DNA from: Ophelia neglecta
Taxonomy: Eukaryota
DNA: 64,000 nt
Reading direction: 5' to 3'
NCBI GenBank assembly: GCA_965285935.1
Contig: OZ260664.1
Location: 25,420,001 to 25,484,000, forward strand
The notes beneath the pieces are model-generated. The model had not been told where the DNA came from. It made no database searches and was given only the letters and a program-made list of their open reading frames with translations. This document shows positions 52,577-64,000 of the stretch, piece by piece (position 1 is the first letter of the stretch; each line of letters starts with the position of its first letter). The position numbers and the translations under genes are program-made.

Positions 52577-55500
52577 CTTCAAATGGTTGAGTTTTGCTTT
52601 GAGATCATTGCTTCACGCTTCTGGCACATTTGTGGCATCAAACGTTGTCCATCGCTCGATATTTTCGAGCTGTCGTAAATTGCGAAATATCAGCTATATC
52701 GTATATTCTGATTATCAGGAAAATGTACTGACAGGTGGGACGACTTATTGAGTATTTTATAAGCTTATGCTTATTTTGACATTTAGGACCACAATAGATC
52801 TTCGCCCGCTATCATTTTGGGCAGGGATGATGGATTGTAATAGAAAAAATCATGAACTATCAAGATCGGTTTTGGCAACTTGAAGCTTGAAGAATATTTA
52901 TCATGGGCTTCCCATGTCTATGACCTATTTAATGTGTCAACAAGGGTGATTTGTTTGTCAACAACGGACCCATCTCAATAAAACAAAAAACATTTATGTA
53001 TATGTTTAAACCATGTCTGATTTATCATAATTTAACTTAATTAAACGAAGAGTTATGAAAAGTAGCAAAAAAAAAAAACTACTTTATTCAGATACTTGAG
53101 GACCGATAATACTTACAAATGCCATGCTGTGTATCGATACTTTGGATAGCAGAAATTTGCTTGTCATGATTCCCTTTAGACTCCGTTCCTCGCCTCGCTC
53201 TAGAGGTAGGAGATGGGTATGAGAGACCATACAATCAGAGGGCGTGCTGTGAGTTTTTGCATGGAACTTAGCCAGTTTAAATCTGCAATTTAGAAAATTG
53301 TGCAAATATAGATCCATAGGTTTTTGAAATTATCAAAACATTACAGTCAGATAACCAGGAATAACACAGTTTACATAAAATGTAAATACAATTTCTTTAT
53401 ATACATGTATACATATATACATACATAATTATTTTTTGAAATGCGTAGACATGTTGCATTATAAAAAACTTGTGGTAAATTCGTAAATTCACGCAGGGAT
53501 TAAATCTTGCCTTTTTCCACGCAAAATGAAGGCCTATTGCGCGGAATGAGGCAAAATGAGCCGACTTTACAACCTGTGTGTAATTTGGTATCGTAATTTG
53601 ACATTGTGCTATGCACAGTTAACCTGTAATAAGGCTTAATAGTTTACACGCACTATGGACCTATTGCCATTATTTAATGACCATGCAGTGTGTGCCACCG
53701 AAGAAGTGCAATATATAGGTCTTAAAGAATTGGGCCATTATAATATCCAAGAACCATTTGGCAAGGCTGAACTCGGGTAGAACCAGATTTCACTTATTTG
53801 TAAGAATGCGCATATTTATATGTCAATGCACCCTGAAAATGTGAAAATGTTAGAAGTATATAATATTGCATGTGTATAGTGAAACTATATAGTCATAATG
53901 ATTTCCATTCCACTGAAGGTTCGTTCATTTGGCGTATCTCACAGCTCGTTGGCAGTGTTTTTAACAGTTCATTGCTTATATCGTATGTAGTCACGACATT
54001 AGTACATGTATAACAAAAAGGTCTAGAAAAAAAGGGAGATTTGGTTATTTTACGATCTTGCAACTGTATGATCATCTGTTGGTCAACAACATAAACCCAA
54101 ACTATTATTTTAACCCATCAGTATTAAAAAAAATGTATGTGCTGCCAGTTATGAAGAAAGATGAAAAAGGCAATGTACAACAGTGTGATGAAAATTTGAT
54201 TTCCCAACTGGTTTTAAAGTGCCCTAGAGCTGGGCCGCATTTTCATGTAAATCTTGAAGGTCTATAAAAATAATAATAATTATTATTATTACTATTACTA
54301 TCATTCAATTCGATATTTGGGGGACGCTTCTATTCAGCGCCATCCGGCGTCAATGTCATTTACTAAGTGTTCGATCCTGTTATTGATTAGAAGGATCGAC
54401 TTTCAAATCATTATGGTAAGGAAAACAGGACTTCTTCGAAAACAGACCGACCTCGCATGTGAAAGGGACCAATCCTTCACTGGCTGGAAGGATTTCGGAG
54501 AGGCGTGGTGGAGGAGGGGGGAGGGGTGTTATTAACTTTATGGGTGTATATAGAGCTGTCGTTGACTTCCCAACTACCGATCCATAAGTTAACTCTGAGC
54601 CGAAATCCTAGTAACCATCCCTAGCTGTGGCAACAGGTAGAATTAAAGCAAAAACCGTAGTCCGAACCCCATACTCATATAGGTCCTGACCCCATACTCA
54701 AGCACCAACCTATCCTCAAATGTCATTATATATTTACAAATCCAACTATGCTAAGATTTTGACATCTGCAGCCTTAAGCTTTGTCCTAGCTGACAAAAGG
54801 GTCACTATCGGGTTGTTTACAGTAGAATTGCTCCATTTACAAATCTTGTATGTCCTCGATTCAGTCACGAAAGCGCGTTTACTTTGCCTGTTTATATTAG
54901 AGAACCGCTTTTCTGCTATAGGCATGGCGGGGCCCTAATTATTAAATTGCACGGTGGCTATGTTTGCAAATGCAATTTTCCACAATTGATCACCATTTTG
55001 CGGAACTGATCACAGTCTTTTAATCTCTTGAACATACATATCAATGGACACTTTTTAGAGAATTTAGCACTGTTTTGAAAGCATTCTCGGTGACCCAAGT
55101 CTCGACTACCATTGAAGTAAGAAAGACTAGGTTGTTTCATCTTAACAGGGCACGCATTGTATTGATATCGGGAAAATAATATAAGAACCCAAAGCATGAG
55201 AGTGTCTATCAGTTGATTATCATAATACACGAAAGGGAGATTTTGTGTCTTTCTGCCTATAACGTGCCCTATAGGAGACAAGTCGGTGGGTGTTGGCAAG
55301 TCGAAGCGGAGAACAGATCGGTAACATAATCAACATCTCTCAGGTAACCTGTGCCTATATATCACGTTTCCATAACCCTGCATTAGGTGAAAGCGGTAGA
55401 CTTATAGATTTCCTTTTACATACGTAGATCTACGTAAACAATACACGAACACTTCCGACAATTGTCTAAATATTTTGACGCAAACAGCTCGATATGCCGT

Positions 55501-56044
55501 ACTAAGTTAAGAGATACAAGTAAAGCCAAACAATATTTATCAATAGAAGGTATACACTCAGTTCCTGGAAACGCGATTATTATTTCCGGGATATATAGTA
55601 CAATGCTGACCTTGACATGGCCATATGTTCACAAGTATATCATTCAACATCAGATGCATAATAAAGGTATTCTTATATGTGTACAAATATTACGTTTCAA
55701 CAGCCTGACAGACAGACTATCTTGAACCAAACTCTGGATATAAATAAATGCCTAATTTATGATAATTTTATAAATAAATAAATAAGTGACTTGGCCATGG
55801 ACTAAACGGGTATAAAACTAAACCCTGATCAATGCAATCATATGTATATCTTGTAGTGTAACAATGAATGAAGCCATCGGAAATGGTGGAAAACCATCGA
55901 ATGAAGGCTTTAAGCTTTAGTTTTAATTAGCATTTGTTAAAGTTTGCTTTATTTGTTTTAATGGTGTGTTTTCTACATGAACTGACTCTGTATTTCTATA
56001 ATACAGTGGTGGAAAGACACAAGTGACATCAGTGAGGTGGGAAG

Positions 56045-59000
56045 ATGCCCCCTGTCACGTATGCAAGTCCTGGTCCAGCGTATGCCCTCCCGGGCCTAAC
56101 GGGTCGCGAGAAACACGACCCGCGCAGCCAGCACCCAGTGGCCCCGTCCTACAGCATTGGGGCCCGTCGTTCGAGGCCTAAAGACAAAGAATCAGGCCCG
56201 GGGCCTAAGTACAACCCCGATCTGAAGACCTACCATGACGGCCGAACTGTTACAATAAAGGGGAGGCCAACTGATTTCCACAGATCCCTTGATAACCTAC
56301 CAGGCCCAGGGGCTTATTCCCCAGAGAGGCTCGGACCGTCTGCCGAGCAGACGGCTCCTGCTTACACGTTTGGTTCGCGCGCTAAGCACAATAATATTAT
56401 TGTTAGTCCAGGCCCTGGGGCGTATTCGCCTGAACACTCCGGACCCAACGGCACAAAAGTAGCTCCTGCTTGGAGCCTTGGCATTCGGCATATCGAACGG
56501 CAAACAGAGGAGCTTCCCGGTCCGTCGGACTACTCACCCCGAGACGGAAGTAACAGGCACGGGTTTTCGACCGGCCCTTCATTCTCTCTTTCCGGACGGC
56601 ACCAAGTTTACGAGGAAGATGGTTCCCCGGGTCCTGGCGCTTACCACCACGGGGGCACCGACTCCGGGTATCATCCCAGCTGGAGCTTCGGAGGCAGGCA
56701 CACTGAAAGGGGGAAAGATGCTAGCCCGGGCCCGGGGGCTTACAGCGTAAAACTTTCCCCCGACGGTCCATCGTTTAGTATGGCGCAAAGACACTCTAAA
56801 GAGGAGCACGATCGAACTCCAGGTCCTGCTGACTACTCGCCCGACAGAAATATGTTTAGATCAGGACGGAAAGAGGGGCCAAAAGTCACAATTAAAGGGA
56901 GAACAAGAGACCTATCTAAGGATGAGTCGCCAGGACCAGGAGCCTATTCTATCGACTCTCTAGGGCCAACAGCCAAGCAGGGTGCACCCGCCTACAGCTT
57001 TGGAACGCGGTCGAACAAACGAGCGCCTGAAAGAATGCCGGGTCCGGGTCAATATTCTCCTGAAACATCCGGCCCGAGTGCTTCCAAGAGTTCACCAGCT
57101 TTCAGCCTGCGAGGGAGAGACGAGAAACCACGATCATCTGATGACTTACCGGGTCCCTCGGACTACTACCCTATGAGTGGTTTGACTTACCGGGGCGGAG
57201 GACGCGGCCCTAGGTACTCCCTAGGCGACAGACACAGTAGCTCGGGGAAAGATGACTCCCCGGGACCCGGAGCTTACTCCGCCTCGCAAGCAGCTCAAGC
57301 CACCAAAAAAAGAACGCCAGCCTGGAGCTTTGGAGGAAGGAACTCTTCAAATGGCTTTATGGAGAGTTCGCCAGGCCCCGGTGCGTATTTGCCAAGTATT
57401 TCGATGAAAAAAGGCCCTGCGTTCAGCATTGGTTCTCGGCCCAGGGGTCATGAGGATGACCCCCTCCCGGGCCCGGGTCAGTACGCTGTGTCCAATAAAG
57501 GCCGAGAGAATGGACCTTCGTACTCGTTCGGTGGGCGACCGTATGCGACGGGACCACAGGCCTATACGCCAGGCCCCGCGGCCTACTTGCCTCGAGAAGA
57601 CTGGGCTGGACCCGCCCCTAGCCTGGGTGGGAGACTGGGAGAAAAACCGGTAAAAACCGATACACCAGGCAAGTAACGTTATAGACTTATAGCGTAAGAA
57701 ACAGAAAATGAATTGTATACAAGTATACATAACCACTAATGTTATTAGCTTATATACATAGGCCTTCATTCTTATGATTTGTTCGAAGATATTATCTATT
57801 GCTTAAGCAGCAGGTACATGTGTAGCGGCACTTTTAGACGGCACTATATTTGAAGTACAGAATGACGTAGAATTTGGCCAAAACTATAATGTTCCGTCGT
57901 TCCTCGGCCACGGGGTCATATCCGTTGGTGTATGTATGCCCATGAACGGGGAAAATGATTGTTTATGATTTCCTCAATGACACGTACTATTTGCTGATAC
58001 ACGCACATAATTTGTGTAATTTCGGGTCTTTCTTTTAGGTCCAAACGCATATTTAGTGAACCATTCAGCCATCACAAAAGACAAGGCTCCCAGCTACTCC
58101 TTCGGCGGGAGATTGAAGGTTGTTAATGATTACAATGAAGTGAGTATAAACTTGTACTACTGTGATACCCGTTGATACTCGTCAAAGCCATTTGATTAAA
58201 TGTTAGGAACAAAATGTAATGATCACTGAGTATACATGAAGTGGAAGAGAGTTTGTCCTAATGTTTCTGTTGCTTACGTTCAAGCAATAGTTTGTTTCTG
58301 GGTTTTTTTTCCATTCGGCTTACGCAATGTGCAATGAATGGCAAGATGTTTTTAAAGGTCTGGAATTTTCGGAAGAATTAAATGAGCAGCGCCCTTTACA
58401 TAGCTGAGAGCTCGGGGTAGGCTCTTTTTTCCATCACATAAATAGCAAGCAGGTTTGAAACATTTTTTCTGGTTTACTAACCAGATTACTCGTGTTTTTG
58501 TGTGTGTGAAGTATATCTTATGTCCCCATTACAGGCCTATTCGGTGTAAAAGTTTAACAGACTGGTAGACCTGCTAGACTGGCAAATACAAGTATTTACT
58601 AGACTCTTTCTGTACAACAGTCCTGCATAAGTTTCAAATCATCTGGATTTAATAGCTTTTAACGATACCAATGACCCCCCGCCCAAATAAAAAACAACTA
58701 CACTCGGAAGGCTGGATGTTTGTATTCGCAAAAAAGGGCATAGAACAATCCGAAGGAAATCGATATTCGATTCATGCTACTGAAGTATGTCAAATTTAAA
58801 TGCATTCACTGTGATATCAAGCGTAGAGCCCCCGAGGCCGGCCAAGCATCGTGTAGTGAAGCTCGTACAACAGTATGTTTGTATGGAATATATAAAATAA
58901 CCCTGTATGGCAGAACATGTATGGGCATGTATACTATGAGGTTTTCAACTGAGTCCGGTTCCCTAATAATTGTTCCGGACTGGGGAACTGAGCACAAAGG

Positions 59001-60564
59001 GTAAACGTTGCCACGATGTGACCTTGGGCGCTCTTGAAGGAGCATGTACTCGTAAGCTTTGGCTGGTTAAGCTTTACATTTTATTATATTATATCTGTTG
59101 GTACAAATAATCCAGATATCTATAACCAGAGTTCGCACTGACGCCGTATTTACGCAACTTGGCAACTTGTCATAATTTGTACGCAAAAAAATGGAGCGCC
59201 GATGCTTTAACATAAGCGCTGCTTTTTCGCGGACGTTTCAGTGACTGGCAAAATTCATAATTCAAAATTCGGTCATTTGTACAAGATGTGCTGAGTCACA
59301 TGATCACATCATACAAATCTCGCTTCCAATGTTAGCAGATGTGAGTTTCCGGCCACCATTGTTCGTCACTCTGTTCAATTATTTTCTTACCACACAGAAA
59401 TTCGGCTACACCGTCACCCTACATATGATTGCTATTGGGAAAATAGATTTAGTACAATATACAAATTAAAGACCATGTACTCGGAAATTTTCCCACGTGT
59501 AAGCAAATTTCAAATCATGTTGCCTACAAGCAAGCAAGCTGATAATACCCTGGCACCAACCCTGTATAAACCTCGAGCTGTTAATGTTTTTTGTAGCTAT
59601 CTCTCGATCCAATGCCTTGTTTTCATCATACTGTTTCATGTAAAAGTTCCAGGATCCTTTTTGAAGTTCCTATATTTACTCGTCCTTTTAGAGTCCCGGT
59701 CCTGGTTATTATCACTCTGGTTCTGTCGACAAAGTGCTAAAGAAATCTCCGGCTTACAGTTTCGGTGGGCGAGCAGCTCACATGCCCGAGGAAAGTAGTC
59801 CTGGGCCTGGCCAATACTACACTCCTGATAAGGTACAAGTTTTATTATAGGTAGCTTTGTATTGGTAAAAATAGCTTTAGACTTTTTGTGTTAATGTCGA
59901 GGGAAGGCCTCATAGAGGCATAGAGGCAAATCAACGTACCATAACATATCAAAAAGGAAACGGCACGTTCCAGTCAGCAGGTCCCGTTTTGTCGCGTTCT
60001 TACTACGTAGTAACCACGTTCTTACTATGTTCTACTGCGTTCTTGTCGCGTTGTTGCCACATTATTATAAGTTGCAGTACACGTTGTTGGGGTAAAAGGC
60101 AAATTCGTCAAATATAAGTAAATTTAATAATTATAAATGCATAGCCTTTCTACCAAAACAAAAGCTTCGTCGATAATAAGCGTGTTTCCAAACTGGTTCA
60201 AACTTCATTTGACCTACACCATTTCGACGAAAACTGGTGACAGAGAAATTCCAAATAATAAGGGGGGATGGTTGGATTCGAGCAGAGGGAAGCGGAAGTG
60301 GGTTTCTGTGAAAATGTCTCTAAGAAGTTTATTTTGAGGATGCTTTAATACTCGGTTACATCACCTAACCCATATTTTCTGACAGGCCATTTATGGTGTC
60401 TAATATACAATGTGGTTAAAAACCAGGTGAATGTCACTATTATTATAACAGCAAGTGACCAGATAGTGTCATCTATTCCTGTACAGAGCAGTCTTCGAGG
60501 CGGACAGTCGTTTGGGGTGAGGTATTCAGACAAGACGTACACGCTGGGCACCCCGGTTCTTTGA
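56045..60564 (+). CDS. Long ODF3/CIMAP1-like paralog with 18 PGP (SHIPPO) repeats, about 647 aa
   Basis: Exons 56045-57668 (GC donor), 58039-58139, 59692-59832, 60487-60564. Intron phases (1,0,0) and the 141-nt third exon are the same as in the upstream ODF3 gene. Repeats of [ST]PGPGxY...PAxSFGxR; ends SFGVRYSDKTYTLGTPVL*. Acceptor at 56006; candidate upstream donor at 55343/55344. Confidence 0.88.
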
Positions 60565-61274
60565 GCGAATGGATAACAAATCGAGACTACCGGCGAAATA
60601 GTTCTCACCTTGCTATGCCAAGAAGTATAGAACCATTTTGATAAGATTCGGTATTTGCAAACGATAACAATCTAAGGCTGACATTATGTTACTACTTATC
60701 TAACCTGTCTATATATCTTAAATAATATCCATATATAGATATATCTTAGTTTATATGTGAAAATAATCACTTTTTATCTTAAAATTAAGTTTTATATTAT
60801 GCCATCAGGTACATGTAACGAAGGCTACTGAGGCTGTCAATAAAAGGCAAAATAAACAATGAAATTAATACAACACTGTTTTGGTGGGTACGAATGTAAT
60901 TTGATTGTTACATTTTAAACGTATCGATTATTATTCAATTTCAATCAATGAAGCTATCGCACTATTTGTTCAAGAAAGATAATTTTGTTAAAGTCAAGTA
61001 AATTCGCTCATCTTAAGATTCGGCGCAGTAAGGAGTCACATGTGGGTGGCATGAGGTCACTTTCGGGGAAAATTAAACGATGCGGAAAAACTGTTTTTTT
61101 TGCACTGTCGTGAAATCTACCCCAGGGAGAAGCGTTGTCTTGTGAGCCGCAGCGCTGAAACGGTGTGTACTTTTTATAGCACGCTCACAACACAACGCTT
61201 TTTGCACGGGCAAGCTGGAACAATGCCAGCCCCAGAGAGAGAGAGAGAGAGAGAGCTTTGTTTTGAGTCACGAA

Positions 61275-61977
61275 CAAGCTGCTCCGGTGCGATTCGCAAG
61301 AAAACGCTTCACATAGACACACGCCAACTCTGCGCATGTGTCATAAGTGCGCGGCCACTTTGTATACTCGCATCGGAAATAAATCTCATTTTATTAACAA
61401 AAACATTTGAAAATGTTCAAATGACAATTAACTTTCTAAATCATATGAGCAAAATATCTTGAAATCTGACTTTCGAAAAGCCTTTTACGCGCACTCCATA
61501 AAAAAATTAACCCTCGTGCCGGAACGAGAAATAACTGAACATGCAAAGGGCATGCAAAAATGGCATTCCAAAAAAACAAAAAAACAACAACAAGGGAGTG
61601 TGGCACTTCATGCTGACCGGTGACGTTAAGTGAAACGTTTATTCTTTCACCGGACACCTTGCATATAATACCACACTCCCTATATTTGCCTATCCAGACA
61701 TTTTTACAGAGATTCCCGTTAAATATTGAACTTGACATTGGTGTCTTCTTACTTCTATCACTGTTGTGTATGAAATAGCGCTAATAATGGTCTCATACAA
61801 CTTGACATAGAGCGTTTATTTCACTTTTTTTCGGTTCGCAAAAAGCAACAGTCTTGTTTATCGCCAATATTTTGTAATGCCTACTGCGCATAATTCGAAA
61901 TCTTCATCTTCTGGGTCAGACTTCAAACTCTGACCCGGACACCGCAAGATGGCCGCTGAAATCGATTCTCCTTGATG
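61275..61977 (+). repeat. Second copy of the dispersed repeat found upstream of NAAA
   Basis: Shared blocks such as CTCGTGCC.GAACGAGAAATAACT, AACAAGGGAGTGTG..ACTTC..CTGACCGGTG and AAGATGGCCG.TG.AATCGATTCTCCTTGATG. Confidence 0.7.
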
Positions 61978-64000
61978 TTTTTGTGCGCTTCTCGCTGTGG
62001 CGGGTTTGCCAACAACATTTACGCTTATTAACTTTTATATGTATTCATCCTTGCCCATCCATAAAAAAACACATAGGAGAATTTACGTCAACGCACAATC
62101 AAACAGATAGAGAGTAGTGGGCAGTTGATATTCAGAAAACCAGTTTTAGAGAGCTCACATACAAAGACAGTCTTCAGGACGCTCATTTAAAAGATTGCAG
62201 CTATTTAATATCTGTCAAAACATTTCAATGTTATACTGCTACATCATCCAGAAACTTCCAAGTGAACAATGCATGGACGGGCGACACATAAATTGTGCTT
62301 CATTTTGACATGTACAGTTTTTCGTCTACAAATTTTCACTTGTATATTTACTATAGTAATAGTAACAAACAAGTATTATAATTGCCCAAGTCTAAACCTT
62401 AATGCGGCATTGTGCAGGGATGCACATTCGCCGTTCGATTTTTATTAAAACGTCTTAAGGTTTTGTCAACTTACTAGCGAACTCACCAAGAATGAATGTA
62501 GGCCTATTCAATCCTGAATGGTTGAGTCTATATACATAGGCTAACCTTAAATTTCAACAGGGGTCTCGTAAATAGATCACGCGGGACAACCACTATCAAC
62601 AATAATCAATATTGGCATTGAATCTCGCCAGGTTCAAGACTGGCATTAGAATTAATGTCCTACCTGCCAATGTGTATGACTTTCCATATCTGAAATCTCA
62701 AGGTAAGTTCCTGAAAGTAGACATTAAAGTATATGTTCAACGTTTTATTAATTGGGCTACTGGCGTTTAAAGCGTTGTGCGGTACAAAAAAGGCCATACA
62801 TGTGTATGCCGGTTTATTCAATTATTACTGGATAATATTGGTGATTTTGTCGTGCGTTAAATAATATTTAACATACATCTATTTATTTAATGTTGGTATA
62901 AAAAGTCCACAGAATAAGAAATATTGACCGAAGATGACCGTATACGAATATCATTTCTCTCTAGTGTGGATTATATTTACTACTATAGCCTCCCCCCCCC
63001 CTCCCCCACACCCGGCCTCCTTTAGCACTGCCCAAGTTTAGGCCTATTATCATGAGTGATAATTGACTACAAGGTCAAGGCTACAATGTGTTTAATGCTG
63101 TTGATACGGACAGCCATTGCTTTACTTCTTGCAACTTTTATTCATTTTTTTTTTATCAAACTCCTAAAACTCTCGAAACGCACTGGTGGAAATGGCTTCT
63201 TTTTATCATACAAACCACGATATTGACAGATTAAGACAGATCATGCAGTGAGAAATACTGCTTTAAATCTCAATAATGAACCACATATAAAAATGGACCG
63301 GGGAGGAAATGGTCGCTATTGATGACAGGTTTCTAGTTTTGGTAGTAGAACCCTAGTTCTTTCTACTTTTTCTATGATGCCTGCACATGTCATTCAACAA
63401 TTTTCTTAAGAGGCCACATGATAAACCTTCAAATGAGGGAAGATGCATACGATCGAGGCACATGCAGCAAGAAACGCCTCTCCCATATAATTATAGACCC
63501 TGATCGTGTGATGTTATGATATATTATTTATAGTATAACACCATATTAGTGAGATATACGTGAGATAAAGTGATGAATAGAAGTCAAAGAAGTCGCTGTA
63601 ATTCCATTTTAAATATTCTTGGAATAGTAGAGTTCCCAATATACACCACTAATATCATTCCCATTTTACATTTATTTGGACCATCAACTAATATCGGACT
63701 TCTTGTCCCCCCCCCCTCCCACCCCCACCAACCATGTGTTTGGTCTTATTTTCTTTGGGCAGGGGGGAGGGGTTATATAGGGGGAATTTCTACTTAACTA
63801 CTGGCATTTAAAAGAAAAAAAGCAATTGAAGTTGTATATGAAAATGCTTTTTTCCTTAAACAAAATGTCAATTGTTAATGACTGACCCTTACGAATGGGG
63901 CGAATTTTGGTTCTTATTGGGGGGATATCTTATTAGATTAGCTTCCAATAACATCAATAACATGATTATCTTTTTATTAACCAACCGATAGCTATGAACA

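Noticed and set aside
56297-57769. Overlapping alternative-frame and antisense ORFs in the long ODF3 exon
   Set aside because: Expected by-products of GC-rich Pro/Gly codons.

Overview
AT-rich, intron-containing animal genomic DNA, probably a marine invertebrate (not prokaryotic). I reconstructed five spliced protein-coding genes by hand: NAAA-like acid amidase (+, 3207-12682), TCP11-like (-, 17244-21663), DEPDC7-like (+, about 31792-36312, first coding exon unresolved), a canonical-length ODF3/CIMAP1-like gene (+, 47142-49378) and a tandem ODF3 paralog with greatly expanded PGP (SHIPPO) repeats (+, 56045-60564). Non-coding DNA holds several non-autonomous DNA transposons with visible TIRs and TSDs (MULE/foldback-like with a nested Helentron-type element, hAT, Transib-like, piggyBac-like, pogo-like, CACTG-ended) and a 2.15 kb 37-bp tandem array. 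The most notable signal is a pair of tandem-duplicated 91-nt exons in NAAA. They can only be used mutually exclusively and would swap the segment covering the substrate pocket and the Glu195-equivalent position. Family assignments and human residue numbers come from my recall of the families, not from searches.
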